Source: a virus
Length of the DNA: 64,000 nt
Virus record (IMG/VR): IMGVR_UViG_3300025133_000026
Direction: 5' to 3' (one strand)
Shown: positions 1 through 10,082 of the stretch, piece after piece
Layout: each line of letters starts with the position of its first letter
How positions within the stretch are numbered: the stretch's first letter is position 1
Notes under the pieces: generated by a model
Told to the model about the DNA's origin: nothing
The model's database searches: none
What the model saw: only the letters and a program-made list of their open reading frames with translations
Position numbers and translations under genes: made by a program

Positions 1-240
1 TATTACAGTCAAGAGTTAGACTTAAAAGATCTTAATGATTGGTCAGACACATTTGGCCTAACAACTATAAATACATTGGGCGGATCAAGAGCATTGCTTC
101 AGTCAAGCGGAGGACCATATCCTCTTTCATCCTGGCCCACCTTTTACTATATTAATAAGGAAGGAATTGTAGAGTATTACCACTCTGGATATTCAGAAGA
201 AGCTCTACAACATAACCTCGATTACTTAACCTCGCAATAA
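1..240 (+). CDS. 5'-truncated TlpA/ResA-like redoxin (C-terminal part), not in the ORF track
   Basis: Frame 1 is open to TAA at 238-240 and reads ...YPLSSWPTFYYINKEGIVEYYHSGYSEEAL..., resembling the cis-Pro/beta-hairpin end of a thioredoxin fold. It lies just upstream of the RNR. The CxxC would be outside the window. Confidence 0.6.
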   Translation, partial: YYSQELDLKDLNDWSDTFGLTTINTLGGSRALLQSSGGPYPLSSWPTFYYINKEGIVEYYHSGYSEEALQHNLDYLTSQ

Positions 241-259
241 GTCTCTATACAGGCTCGAG

Positions 260-2668
260 ATGACCTATACAGAAGAGCAAGCCAAGCAGGCTTGCTTAGA
301 ATACTTTAATAATGATTTTTTAGCTGCAGATACTGTTGTTAAAAAATATCTACTCAGAAACCTTAATGGTGAACTATTAGAGGTCTCTCCAACAGACATG
401 CATCGGCGTTTGGCTAAAGAATTTGCACGAATTGAAAGTAATTACCCTAGTCCTCTTTCAGAAGAAGAGATTCTTTCACAACTTGAAAGATTTTCTAAGA
501 TTATTCCTCAAGGTTCTCCCATGTATGGGATTGGAAATCCAAGACCTGTGTCTTTGAGTAATTGTGTTGTGATTGATAGTCCTAAAGATAATATCTCTGC
601 AATCTTTGAAGGTGCACGAGATATTGCGAACCTAAGCAAAAGACGATGTGGAATTGGTGTAGACATTAGTCAGCTACGACCAGACGGGACTGTTGTTAAC
701 AATGCAGCACAGACGACTACTGGAGCTTGGAGCTTTGCTGATCTTTACAGCTATACGCTAAGAAAGATTGGACAAAAAGGCCGGCGAGGTGCTGGTATGA
801 TCTCTATAGATGTACGACATCCAGATATAGAGAAGTTTATTACCATGAAAAAGGATCTAACTAAAGTTACTGGCGCTAATATTAGCATTAGAATCAGAGA
901 TGATTTTATGGAGGCAGTAGAAGCCGACACTGACTTTACTTTACGTTGGCCTGTGGATAGTAAAAACCCAAGCATTACAAGAATAGTAAAAGCAAAAGAG
1001 CTATGGAGTTTAATCACAACAACTGCCACGACTACAGCAGAGCCTGGACTAATGATGTGGGATAACATCATCAATCATCTTCCAGCTCACTGTTATAAAG
1101 GATTTGAAACATTAACAACCAACCCTTGCGGCGAGGTCCCCTTGTCTGCTTATGATAGTTGCCGTTTGATCACTATAAATCTAACTTCTTTTGTCCAGAA
1201 TCCCTATACTTCACAGGCTAATTTTAATATAGATGATTTTAAAAACACAGTTCGCATTGCTATGCGTCTTTGTGATGATCTAGTAGATCTTGAGCTTGAA
1301 AAACTTGAATTGATTTATCAATCTGCAGATACAGAAGATGAAAAAGTTTTATGGCAACAACTCAGAAATTCTTGTGAAAAAGGACGCCGCACTGGCTTAG
1401 GAACAACAGGCCTTGCAGATGCACTAGCTATGCTTAACCTTGAATATGGGTCAACAAATAGTCTTTATCATATAGAGAATCTTTATGAAATATTTAAGTT
1501 AGAAGCTTACAAAGAATCAGCAAGTCTTGCACAAGAAAGAGGAGCATTTCCCGTTTGGAAACCAGGCGTAGAAGAAGACTGTAAGTTCTTTGATCCTTTT
1601 CCTTTGGGGCTTGTTGAAAAGATGGAAGCTCATGGACGCCGAAACATATCTATCTTAACAAATGCTCCAACAGGATCATGTTCTATCTTAGCTCAATGTT
1701 CATCAGGAATAGAGCCTATCTACAGATTAGAGTACACACGTAGAAAGAAATTATCTCATGACGAACTAGAAAATAGTTCAGATTTTATCGACAAAGATGG
1801 AGAGAAGTGGAAAGAGTTTACTGTCTTCCATCATGCCTATAATGAATATAGAAAACTAACAAAGAAAACTACTTCTTCAAAGTTTTTCGTTACCTCTGAT
1901 CAAATAGATTGGAGTGCTCGTATTGACGTACAGGCAGCCATACAGCGGCATATTGATCACAGCATTAGCTCGACCATCAATCTACCCAAAGGAACACCTG
2001 TAGACGTCGTTAAAGAGCTTTATATGAAAGCCTGGAAGGAAGGCCTCAAGGGAGTTACCGTTTATGTAGAGGGGTCTCGAGCAGGTGTTCTGGTATCGAA
2101 AGATATTCAATCAACCAAAGACTTGATTACAGAAACAACAGCTCCTAAACGACCACAAGAACTTCCTTGTGAAATCCATCATAGATCTGTGAAGGGCGAG
2201 AAGTGGACAATCTTACTTGGTCTATTAGACGATAAACCTTATGAAGTATTTGCCGGACCTGCAGAAAATATTGATATTGCCACTAAATTTACAACTGGAA
2301 CAATCTTTAAATATCCAAGAAAAACAATTAACTCAAGATATGATTTAGAGTATGGGGAGAACGGCGGGACAACAAAGATAAAGAACATTGTTAAGTGGTT
2401 TGAAAACGATGACTATGGAACAATGAGTCGTCTTGTCAGCATGAATTTAAGACATGGTGTACCTATCCATTACATCTGTGAACAATTACAGAAAGATCCC
2501 AACGGAGATCTTCTCAGTTTTAATAAAGTATTAGGACGTGTTCTCAAAACTCATATTCCAGACGGAACAGACAGAGATAGAATCTGTGGCGAATGTAATA
2601 ACGAAGGCCTGACTTACCAAGAAGGCTGTTTGACATGTACTTCTTGCGGCTACACTAAGTGTAATTAA
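260..2668 (+). CDS. nrdJ: Class II (adenosylcobalamin-dependent) ribonucleotide reductase with C-terminal TSCPD-like and Zn-ribbon extension
   Basis: PQGS, SLSNC, TNPCGE, TNAPTGS, HSISSTINLP, KGVTVYVEGSR motifs; C-terminal CGEC...CLTCTSCGYTKC. Confidence 0.93.
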   Translation: MTYTEEQAKQACLEYFNNDFLAADTVVKKYLLRNLNGELLEVSPTDMHRRLAKEFARIESNYPSPLSEEEILSQLERFSKIIPQGSPMYGIGNPRPVSLSNCVVIDSPKDNISAIFEGARDIANLSKRRCGIGVDISQLRPDGTVVNNAAQTTTGAWSFADLYSYTLRKIGQKGRRGAGMISIDVRHPDIEKFITMKKDLTKVTGANISIRIRDDFMEAVEADTDFTLRWPVDSKNPSITRIVKAKELWSLITTTATTTAEPGLMMWDNIINHLPAHCYKGFETLTTNPCGEVPLSAYDSCRLITINLTSFVQNPYTSQANFNIDDFKNTVRIAMRLCDDLVDLELEKLELIYQSADTEDEKVLWQQLRNSCEKGRRTGLGTTGLADALAMLNLEYGSTNSLYHIENLYEIFKLEAYKESASLAQERGAFPVWKPGVEEDCKFFDPFPLGLVEKMEAHGRRNISILTNAPTGSCSILAQCSSGIEPIYRLEYTRRKKLSHDELENSSDFIDKDGEKWKEFTVFHHAYNEYRKLTKKTTSSKFFVTSDQIDWSARIDVQAAIQRHIDHSISSTINLPKGTPVDVVKELYMKAWKEGLKGVTVYVEGSRAGVLVSKDIQSTKDLITETTAPKRPQELPCEIHHRSVKGEKWTILLGLLDDKPYEVFAGPAENIDIATKFTTGTIFKYPRKTINSRYDLEYGENGGTTKIKNIVKWFENDDYGTMSRLVSMNLRHGVPIHYICEQLQKDPNGDLLSFNKVLGRVLKTHIPDGTDRDRICGECNNEGLTYQEGCLTCTSCGYTKCN

Positions 2669-2973
2669 TGTCTCAAGATGAATATTCAGAGATGGGCAAA
2701 CAAATACTAAGAGCCGTTTTCACCTCAGCCGTTTTTGACTACAATAAATATGTTGTCAGAAAGCGCCTTAAGCCCAAAGAAGCATTAGCTTTCTCTACTG
2801 CAAGTCGTCTGTTATTTGACGATGATTATCGAATATTGTATGGGGACTGGGAGCTTTCTCTCGAAGAGCTTCTTTCTGTTATTAATGATAACAAAGAAGT
2901 AGATCTCGAAATAGTTAGAGAAAATATTATAAACAAGGCTTATCAGAGAAAATCAAGAAAAAAGAAAACATGA
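2668..2973 (+). CDS. Hypothetical protein
   Basis: 101 aa ORF coupled to both neighbours (TAATG/ATGA overlaps). Confidence 0.7.
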   Translation: MSQDEYSEMGKQILRAVFTSAVFDYNKYVVRKRLKPKEALAFSTASRLLFDDDYRILYGDWELSLEELLSVINDNKEVDLEIVRENIINKAYQRKSRKKKT

Positions 2974-3539
2974 TTCCTCCAGTAAAAATTCTTAAAATTA
3001 AAGACGAGACTGAACTAATCTTAGAGCTTGGCTCAACTGAAATTAGTTTTGTAAATGGATGTTTTGAATTACCTCATATGGGGTATGCAACATTCTTTTG
3101 TGAAGTCTTAGCTCAAGCGAACATGATGTCTCTTACTTTTAAAATAACAGAATTGAGAAATGCCAAATATACATTTGGACATACCCTACTGATAGCTGTC
3201 AATGACGACGAGTCTTTCAGAAAAGTTCGAGGAACAAAACCACTTTACAAGTGGGATGAAAGAGTTGATACATTAATATCTTGTCTTCAGGGACTTACTT
3301 CTAGGAATACTTTGTTTTCAGATATTGATAAAATTATTTTCTTTAAAATGGAAGAGACTAATCCCTGCAAATTACTTAGAGTAGTTCAGCCAGGTTATAT
3401 CTATAAAGGCTCAGAATATAAATATAAACAAATTCCTGAGAAAAAAGTTATCAAAAGTTATGGTGGAGAAATTAATTGGATTAAAAATCCAGTCACAATA
3501 CATGGCTCTGATATTAAAAAAAGAATTCTAGAAGGATAA
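2970..3539 (+). CDS. Cytidylyltransferase-family protein, HldC/RfaE domain II-like (heptose-1-phosphate nucleotidyltransferase-like), degenerate
   Basis: NGCFELPHMGY (cf. NGCFDILHxGH), AVNDDESFRKVRG..P, ER..L, P..IYKGSEY, E..VIKSYGG match RfaE domain II. HxGH is changed to HMGY. Confidence 0.75.
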   Translation: MIPPVKILKIKDETELILELGSTEISFVNGCFELPHMGYATFFCEVLAQANMMSLTFKITELRNAKYTFGHTLLIAVNDDESFRKVRGTKPLYKWDERVDTLISCLQGLTSRNTLFSDIDKIIFFKMEETNPCKLLRVVQPGYIYKGSEYKYKQIPEKKVIKSYGGEINWIKNPVTIHGSDIKKRILEG

Positions 3540-3541
3540 AA

Positions 3542-4588
3542 TTGGAACAACAGAATACCTACAAGAAAAAAGACCCAACTCAAATTGATGCCCTCTTAGC
3601 TAGACTAACAAAGTCTATGGGCAAGGGAACTATTTTCAGACAAACAGAAGAAAGAGTTTCCGCCTGGCCCGCAATCAGTACTACTTCACTATCTTTAGAC
3701 CATGCATTAGGTATTGGAGGAGTTCCCCAAGGAAGATTTGTTGAACTTCTGGGGATGGAGAGTAGTGGCAAAACCACAATGGCGTTACATATGATTGCTG
3801 AAGCTCAAAAATTAGGAGCAACAGTCGCTTTCGTTGACGCAGAGCATGCTCTTGACCCCAACTATGCTGCAGCTCTTGGGGTAGATATGGACAACATGTT
3901 AATCTCTCAGCCCAATACTGGAGAAGAAGCACTGAATATAGTTGATGAGTTAGTTCGTTCTCAATTGATTGATCTTGTTGTTGTAGACTCTGTCGCCGCC
4001 CTTGTACCGAAGGCAGAACTGGAAGGCGGGATGGATGAACAGCAAATGGGGCTACAAGCAAGACTCATGAGTAAAGCTTGTCGAAAGCTTACACCACTTG
4101 CTCATAAAAACAACGTAACCGTTCTTTGGATTAATCAATACAGAAGCAAGATAGGAGTCTTCTTCGGCTCTCCTCATGTTGGGGCAGGAGGAAATGCATT
4201 GAAATACTACTGTTCAGTTCGAATGAAAGTCAGTCGAACAAAGACAGAGAAAACCCAGGGAGAAGCGACTCATAACAGGACTAAGGTAGAAATTATTAAA
4301 AACAAAATGGCACCACCATACAAGCAAGCACAGTTTGACATTCGCTTTGGCGTTGGCATAGATCAAGTTGGAGAACTTATTGATATTGGTGTCTTGCATA
4401 AAATTATTAGAAAAGCAGGTCCTTACTTTTATCTAGAAGCGGAGAACGTTAAATTAGGTCAAGGGAAAACTAATTCCATTAACTTCTTAAAGGAAAATCC
4501 TGAAATACAAACTCAATTGAAAACAGCTGTCATAGATGCTCTCTATCCCCAAGAGGAGGACGAGGAGATTATGGATGGCCTGGAGTAG
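3542..4588 (+). CDS. recA: RecA recombinase (TTG start)
   Basis: GMESSGKTT P-loop, FVDAEHALDP, VVVDSVAAL, GLQARLMS, GGNALKYY, KNKMAPPYK. Confidence 0.97.
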   Translation: MEQQNTYKKKDPTQIDALLARLTKSMGKGTIFRQTEERVSAWPAISTTSLSLDHALGIGGVPQGRFVELLGMESSGKTTMALHMIAEAQKLGATVAFVDAEHALDPNYAAALGVDMDNMLISQPNTGEEALNIVDELVRSQLIDLVVVDSVAALVPKAELEGGMDEQQMGLQARLMSKACRKLTPLAHKNNVTVLWINQYRSKIGVFFGSPHVGAGGNALKYYCSVRMKVSRTKTEKTQGEATHNRTKVEIIKNKMAPPYKQAQFDIRFGVGIDQVGELIDIGVLHKIIRKAGPYFYLEAENVKLGQGKTNSINFLKENPEIQTQLKTAVIDALYPQEEDEEIMDGLE

Positions 4589-5135
4589 CCCAATTGAAGA
4601 TAAGTTCAATCAAAAGATAAGGCCTTATCTGAAAAGATCACCAAAAGTAACACTCTCAAAAGTAACCCCAGGCGATTTAGTCTGGGGTTATTACGATAGC
4701 GCGTGGCAAACAACTGCTTTAATAATTAGACCTCTTGGCTCATTAAAAGCTTTTTGTTCTGAAGAAAATATCTCTAAAGAAATGGTTGAATATATTTATA
4801 GTGAATATCAATTTCTTTTAAAGATTAGACAAAATACAAATCCAGATATAAATATTACTCTTGATCCACAAATTTATAATTGTCTAATTCAACATACAAC
4901 TCCAGAATATATTCTAAAAGAAATCTGGAAGTTTTATGAAACAAATCAAGTAGGGTTGTACACAAAATCTTGTTTTCTTTCTCAATCAATGATTACTATA
5001 AAAGACAAACCCCAGTGGTGGTTTCATTGGATTGATAATGAAATCTTTTTACAAGTTTTAGAACATCCAGATTCATATTCAGCATTTGCTACGAAATATG
5101 ATTATTTTTTAGAACATTCACAGGATTATAGATGA
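4575..5135 (+). CDS. Hypothetical protein (likely start ATG 4575, MAWSS...)
   Basis: ORF overlapping the recA end; no family recognised. Confidence 0.65.
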   Translation: MAWSSPIEDKFNQKIRPYLKRSPKVTLSKVTPGDLVWGYYDSAWQTTALIIRPLGSLKAFCSEENISKEMVEYIYSEYQFLLKIRQNTNPDINITLDPQIYNCLIQHTTPEYILKEIWKFYETNQVGLYTKSCFLSQSMITIKDKPQWWFHWIDNEIFLQVLEHPDSYSAFATKYDYFLEHSQDYR

Positions 5136-5707
5136 CACTAGAAGAAATTAAGACTACACAACAATGGTATTCAAAACTTCCCAACCATAAAAGAGAAAAA
5201 TACTTAGAGAATGAGTTAGCCAAACTTACAAAGTTTGATACAACACCCACTCTATGGGATGACTATATACAAAACAATAACCTTTGGTGGCAAAAAGCTG
5301 ACTCAAATCCAACAGCCTTATTTAAAACTATCTTTCTGGGAAAGACCTTTTTTGTAAAAATAAAACATAAAACAAATATTATTGATATGCCAAAGTATCT
5401 ACAAGCAAATACGCCTGGTTCCACACAGCTTTATGAGGGTCAGCCTGTCGCTTCAATAGGACCTTTTCAAGGAAAGATCTTCTTTAATTCTAATGATAAT
5501 CATTTTTACTTGGGAGCTACTGGGCGACATAAATATTTGCATCGATCATTCATAATGGAGTTCTTGCAAACACATGGACAAGAGGATTACTCTTGGATGA
5601 AAGATATTGAATTATTTTATAAAGACTCATATCTTATTGGTGGCTATAAAGAATTAGAAGAGCCACAATCTAAACAAACAGCACTTCAATGGAAATATAT
5701 AGGATAG
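5132..5707 (+). CDS. Hypothetical protein
   Basis: 191 aa, ATGA-coupled to the previous gene. Confidence 0.7.
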   Translation: MTLEEIKTTQQWYSKLPNHKREKYLENELAKLTKFDTTPTLWDDYIQNNNLWWQKADSNPTALFKTIFLGKTFFVKIKHKTNIIDMPKYLQANTPGSTQLYEGQPVASIGPFQGKIFFNSNDNHFYLGATGRHKYLHRSFIMEFLQTHGQEDYSWMKDIELFYKDSYLIGGYKELEEPQSKQTALQWKYIG

Positions 5708-5710
5708 ATT

Positions 5711-6265
5711 ATGCCAAAGAAAAAGAAAGTAATAAGTGCAGACGAACAAGCTCTGATTCTTTATAGCAAGGCTTCAAATAAAAGAAGGCTTGACTTCCTT
5801 TCAAAGATAACAATTGACGCTATGGTTGCTGTTGGTTATGTCAAAGAAGGACAAAACTGGCATCCATTCAAATCTCAAACAAGCAAATATGCTTGGAGTT
5901 GGAACAAAGACAAATATCAAGAATATTGTACTGTAGATCTCCCCATCCACACTCGTCCTGCCAATGTAGTTCTTGGACATCCATATTCTATTTTTTCTAT
6001 TGAATTAATAGAAAAAGACAATTGGTCTAAAAAAGAATTAAAATACTGGGCAGGAGGAGTACTCGGCCCGAAGTCCCCTGCTATGAAACAACTTTGCGAA
6101 TATATTCTATTGAAATTAATAGTAGATGAGTTTGAGATTTCCTCACTACAATACCTTAGAGAACCAATGGAATACTATGAAATGAGTTTTTCTCTCATAG
6201 ACTTAGATTCACTAACATCAAAAGACAAAACAAAGGCCTTGACTCACCAATGGAAAATATTGTAA
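5711..6265 (+). CDS. Hypothetical protein
   Basis: 184 aa ORF in the operon; no family recognised. Confidence 0.7.
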   Translation: MPKKKKVISADEQALILYSKASNKRRLDFLSKITIDAMVAVGYVKEGQNWHPFKSQTSKYAWSWNKDKYQEYCTVDLPIHTRPANVVLGHPYSIFSIELIEKDNWSKKELKYWAGGVLGPKSPAMKQLCEYILLKLIVDEFEISSLQYLREPMEYYEMSFSLIDLDSLTSKDKTKALTHQWKIL

Positions 6266-6771
6266 ATCAAATTGAACAAGCTGTTGAGCATAAAAAATGG
6301 GAGATTGCAAGCAATCTTGTCCTTACTGTTATTAAAAAATCTACAAATCTTAATAGTTTAATTTTACAAACAAAATGGATTGGAAATAATCCAACTCTGA
6401 ATATCCAGCTCAATCACCTTCATTTAGGTAATACAAATATTTCTATGCCTATTCAGTCTAAAAGTCAACAACAACTAAGGTTGAGAGAATTATTTAAGTC
6501 AGGTTATGGTAGGTGGAGAGATCATATTAGTCTTAGTACAGGAGTTAGGTATTCCAGATTCCCTATTTCACATAGTCACGTAATTAAAGGAACTCCCAAG
6601 CTTGTAGCTTTGCTTTGCTTAGGAATCTATGGACTTAAAATCGAAAGCTTATATCCTCTTCAAGAAATACTTGAAGAAACTTTGATGCCCCCTGAGCTAG
6701 GTTTTATTAAAGAAATACGTCCGGGTGTCTTAATTTTTGCCAAGCCACCAACAAAAGAAGATACTTTTTAA
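6250..6771 (+). CDS. Hypothetical protein
   Basis: 173 aa, TAATG-coupled to dnaE. Confidence 0.7.
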   Translation: MENIVNQIEQAVEHKKWEIASNLVLTVIKKSTNLNSLILQTKWIGNNPTLNIQLNHLHLGNTNISMPIQSKSQQQLRLRELFKSGYGRWRDHISLSTGVRYSRFPISHSHVIKGTPKLVALLCLGIYGLKIESLYPLQEILEETLMPPELGFIKEIRPGVLIFAKPPTKEDTF

Positions 6772-9700
6772 TGAATACACCTAACTTTGTACATCTTCAT
6801 ATGCATACTGAGCATTCGCTTTTGGATGGCATCATTCGTGTGAAACAACTTCCTCAAGCTGTTAAAGAAATGGGAATGAATGCTGTTTCTATGACTGATC
6901 ATGGAACTCTCAGTGGTGCCCTAGACTTCTATAAAGAGTGTACAAAAGCAAATGTTAAACCTCTTATTGGTTTAGAGTCTTATACTTCTAAAGACAGACT
7001 TCTTAAACAAGTAGATGATTTAGATCAAAAGTATTATCATTTACTCCTTTTGGCTCAAAATGAAGTAGGCTACAAAAACTTATGTCAGCTTGTCTCTACA
7101 GGAAATAGGGATGGTTATTATTACAAGGGAAGACTTGACGATAAACTATTAGAGCAATACAGTGAAGGTTTGATTGCAACTAGTACATGTCTTGGTGGGC
7201 GAATTGCACAACTATATAGACGTAGTTCTTCTGCAGCTGCAGAAAAGCTTATCATGTACTATGCAGATCTATTCAAAGATAGATTCTTTTTAGAGATTCA
7301 GCATCATCCCACTGAACCAGAACAAGTTGCTTTAAATAATTTCCTCCTAGAAGTCTCTAGTAAATATAATATTCCTCCTATTTTGTCAGCTGATTGTCAT
7401 TATTTGAAAAAATCAGATGGAATCACTAATGATTCTCCTCATGAACAGATGCTTGCTTTGAACGTAGGTTCTACCATTCATACAGAGGGTAGATTTTCGT
7501 TTGATCAACGTCATCATTATGTTCTTCCTCCCGAAGAGGTTCGTGAGATTTGTGAAACAAATCAATGGCCACTTGACTTAATGACAAATACACAACACAT
7601 TGCAGACATGTGTACTGGAAAATACTTCACAGATTGTGGTGTTGGTTCTAAAATGCCCGAACCACTCAATATCAAAGTAGATTCTCTTACAGACCTAACT
7701 AAATTAGGTAAGTGGGGGTTAGTTAATCGATTTGGGTCTGTAAATAAAGTTCCAGAAAAATACAAAGCGCGCCTAAACTATGAGCTTGAAGTTATCCACA
7801 GGATGGGTTACTCCAATTATTTCCTCATTGTCAAAGACCTTGTAGATGCTATTAGAAAAAAAGGAATAGCTATTGGGCCTGGAAGAGGATCAGCGGCGGG
7901 CTCTTTACTTAATTGGGCCTTGGGTATTACTTCTAAAGAAGCCGATCCTATTAAGCATGATCTTTATTTTGAACGTTTCCTTAACGCAGCAAGAACTGAC
8001 GCCATGGTTGATGTTGACCTTGACTTCCCTACCTCTAAAAGACATTTAGTGTTTGACTATCTCAAAGAAACCTATGGAGAGAAGGGGTGTGCCCATCTGG
8101 GTACATATCAAAAGTTTAAAGCACGAGGACTTATGTGGGCCTTAGCTCGTGTTCAAGGACACAGTATTGAATACGGAAAGAAGTTATCTAAGCTAGTTCC
8201 TGAAGATCATAGAGGTGTTTCTCCGACACTAGAAGAGGCTATCGAGGCTTCTCCTGAATTACTAGAACATCCAAAAATCTTATCAGTTGCAGAAAAAATA
8301 GAAGGGATGACTTCAAGAGCAGGCGTTCATGCTTCTGGTTACATCGTTTATAACGATGACCTGGGAAAGTATATGCCTGTTTATCAAAAGAAAGATGCTA
8401 AGACAAAGAAACCAATCATGGTTACCCAAATGGATATGCATGATGTTGAAGAAATGGGTTTCGTTAAGTTTGATATTCTTGGTATTCAAAATCTTGATGT
8501 TGTAAGCAGAACTTTAGATCTTGTTGAAAAGTATCATAATGTAACTATTGATTTAGACGCTATTGATTACCATGATGATAATGTCTTTGCGTTAATGAGA
8601 GAAGGAAGATTAGCTGGTGTCTTCCAATTAGAAGACTCACTTCGAAACATTACTGTTAGAGTACAGCCAACATGCCTTAACGATATCTCTGTTGTTAACG
8701 CTATAGGACGCCCAGGACCTTTAGATGCTGGGCTCTTGGATGGATATGTCCTGGCTAAAGAACACGGCCTAGAGGGGCTTAAGAAGTGGGGGAAATACGG
8801 CTCTGACCGAATGTCTGAACTACTTTGGAACCTGTTGCCTGAAACCTATGGTCTCTTTATTTATCAAGAGTCTGTTATGAGGCTTCTTGTAGAAATTGCT
8901 GGCTTCTCTCTTGCCGAGGCTGACCTTGCACGCCGAGCAATGGGAAAGAAAAAACCCGAAGAGATGAATAAGCTAAAGAAAAGATTTGTTCCTGGTGCTA
9001 TTGAAAAAGTAAATGCTACCGAAGAAGAAGCAGAAACTTTATGGAAGCTTATTCAAGGTTATAGTCTTTATGGCTTTAACAAATCCCACAGTCTTACCTA
9101 TTCTATTCTTGGATACCAGGAAGCATGGCTCAAAAAGTATTATCCTGTCGAGTTTATGACTGCATTATTATCAGAAGAATCTGATATTAATAAGATTACA
9201 AAATATATCTCTGAGTGTAAGATTTTGGGTATTAAGGTAGAAGGACCTAACGTTAATAAATCTTTAAGGCACTTCTCTATTGAAGACGACACCATTGTCT
9301 TTGGCCTTGAAGCAATCAAGGGGATGGGTAGAGGCGCCGTCACAGCTTTATTAAAAGCAAGAGGCTCTCAACCATTCAAAGATATCTCAGACTTATTAAG
9401 TAGAGTAAACCTTACAAAGATTAACTCAGCAAAAGTTGAAGCATTAACTCATGCTGGCGCCCTCGATTGTTTAGGGTTAGGGCGACAAACTATTCTGGAT
9501 CATTTTAAAAAGATTACTCAATACTTTAGAGATTTAGAAAAGTATGGCGAAAAGATACTACGCTACAAAGAAAGAGAAAAGGAAATCAAAATAGCTCTTG
9601 CTCTTAGAGAAGCAGGAGAGAAAGTTAATAAGCCCAGAATCCTTAAGAAACCTGAACTTCCTGAGAAGCCTACGATTCCAGCAGAAGAAAGACGTGAGAT

Positions 9701-10082
9701 TACTTTCGATCTTCTTCAAAAGGAAAAAGAAGTCTTGGGGTATTACCTTTCAATTCATCCAACTGATTTTGTTACTGCAACCAACAATACATCTCTTATC
9801 TTAGATGTTTGTAGGACAAGACAAAGAGGGTTTTTGAATGGTGTAATCTTACAAGCCAAAGAGATAACCACAAAGAAAGGTACTCGCATGGCATTCCTCA
9901 CTGTGGAAGATGCTACCGGCCAAGCCGAAGTAGTTGTCTTCCCAGGAAAAGTTTTTAAACAATACAAAAAGGCGGTAAGTAATTCTCCTAAAGATAAAAT
10001 TGTTAGGATAGAATTTACAGCTGAAGATATACAGCAAACGCCAATCAAACTAATAGCAGAGCGTATAAGAGGAGTAAAATGA
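6771..10082 (+). CDS. dnaE: Family C DNA polymerase III alpha subunit
   Basis: PHP domain HLHMHTEHS...TDHG; GPGRGSAAGSL; catalytic DVDLDF and KFDILG; YGFNKSH; C-terminal OB fold (TKKGTRMAFLTVEDATG). Confidence 0.96.
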   Translation: MNTPNFVHLHMHTEHSLLDGIIRVKQLPQAVKEMGMNAVSMTDHGTLSGALDFYKECTKANVKPLIGLESYTSKDRLLKQVDDLDQKYYHLLLLAQNEVGYKNLCQLVSTGNRDGYYYKGRLDDKLLEQYSEGLIATSTCLGGRIAQLYRRSSSAAAEKLIMYYADLFKDRFFLEIQHHPTEPEQVALNNFLLEVSSKYNIPPILSADCHYLKKSDGITNDSPHEQMLALNVGSTIHTEGRFSFDQRHHYVLPPEEVREICETNQWPLDLMTNTQHIADMCTGKYFTDCGVGSKMPEPLNIKVDSLTDLTKLGKWGLVNRFGSVNKVPEKYKARLNYELEVIHRMGYSNYFLIVKDLVDAIRKKGIAIGPGRGSAAGSLLNWALGITSKEADPIKHDLYFERFLNAARTDAMVDVDLDFPTSKRHLVFDYLKETYGEKGCAHLGTYQKFKARGLMWALARVQGHSIEYGKKLSKLVPEDHRGVSPTLEEAIEASPELLEHPKILSVAEKIEGMTSRAGVHASGYIVYNDDLGKYMPVYQKKDAKTKKPIMVTQMDMHDVEEMGFVKFDILGIQNLDVVSRTLDLVEKYHNVTIDLDAIDYHDDNVFALMREGRLAGVFQLEDSLRNITVRVQPTCLNDISVVNAIGRPGPLDAGLLDGYVLAKEHGLEGLKKWGKYGSDRMSELLWNLLPETYGLFIYQESVMRLLVEIAGFSLAEADLARRAMGKKKPEEMNKLKKRFVPGAIEKVNATEEEAETLWKLIQGYSLYGFNKSHSLTYSILGYQEAWLKKYYPVEFMTALLSEESDINKITKYISECKILGIKVEGPNVNKSLRHFSIEDDTIVFGLEAIKGMGRGAVTALLKARGSQPFKDISDLLSRVNLTKINSAKVEALTHAGALDCLGLGRQTILDHFKKITQYFRDLEKYGEKILRYKEREKEIKIALALREAGEKVNKPRILKKPELPEKPTIPAEERREITFDLLQKEKEVLGYYLSIHPTDFVTATNNTSLILDVCRTRQRGFLNGVILQAKEITTKKGTRMAFLTVEDATGQAEVVVFPGKVFKQYKKAVSNSPKDKIVRIEFTAEDIQQTPIKLIAERIRGVK

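Noticed and set aside
751-1074. Minus-strand 107 aa ORF inside nrdJ, and similar antisense or alternate-frame ORFs inside recA, dnaE, thyX, the primase-helicase and the structural genes
   Set aside because: Fully nested in well-supported genes with no recognisable motifs; treated as shadow ORFs.
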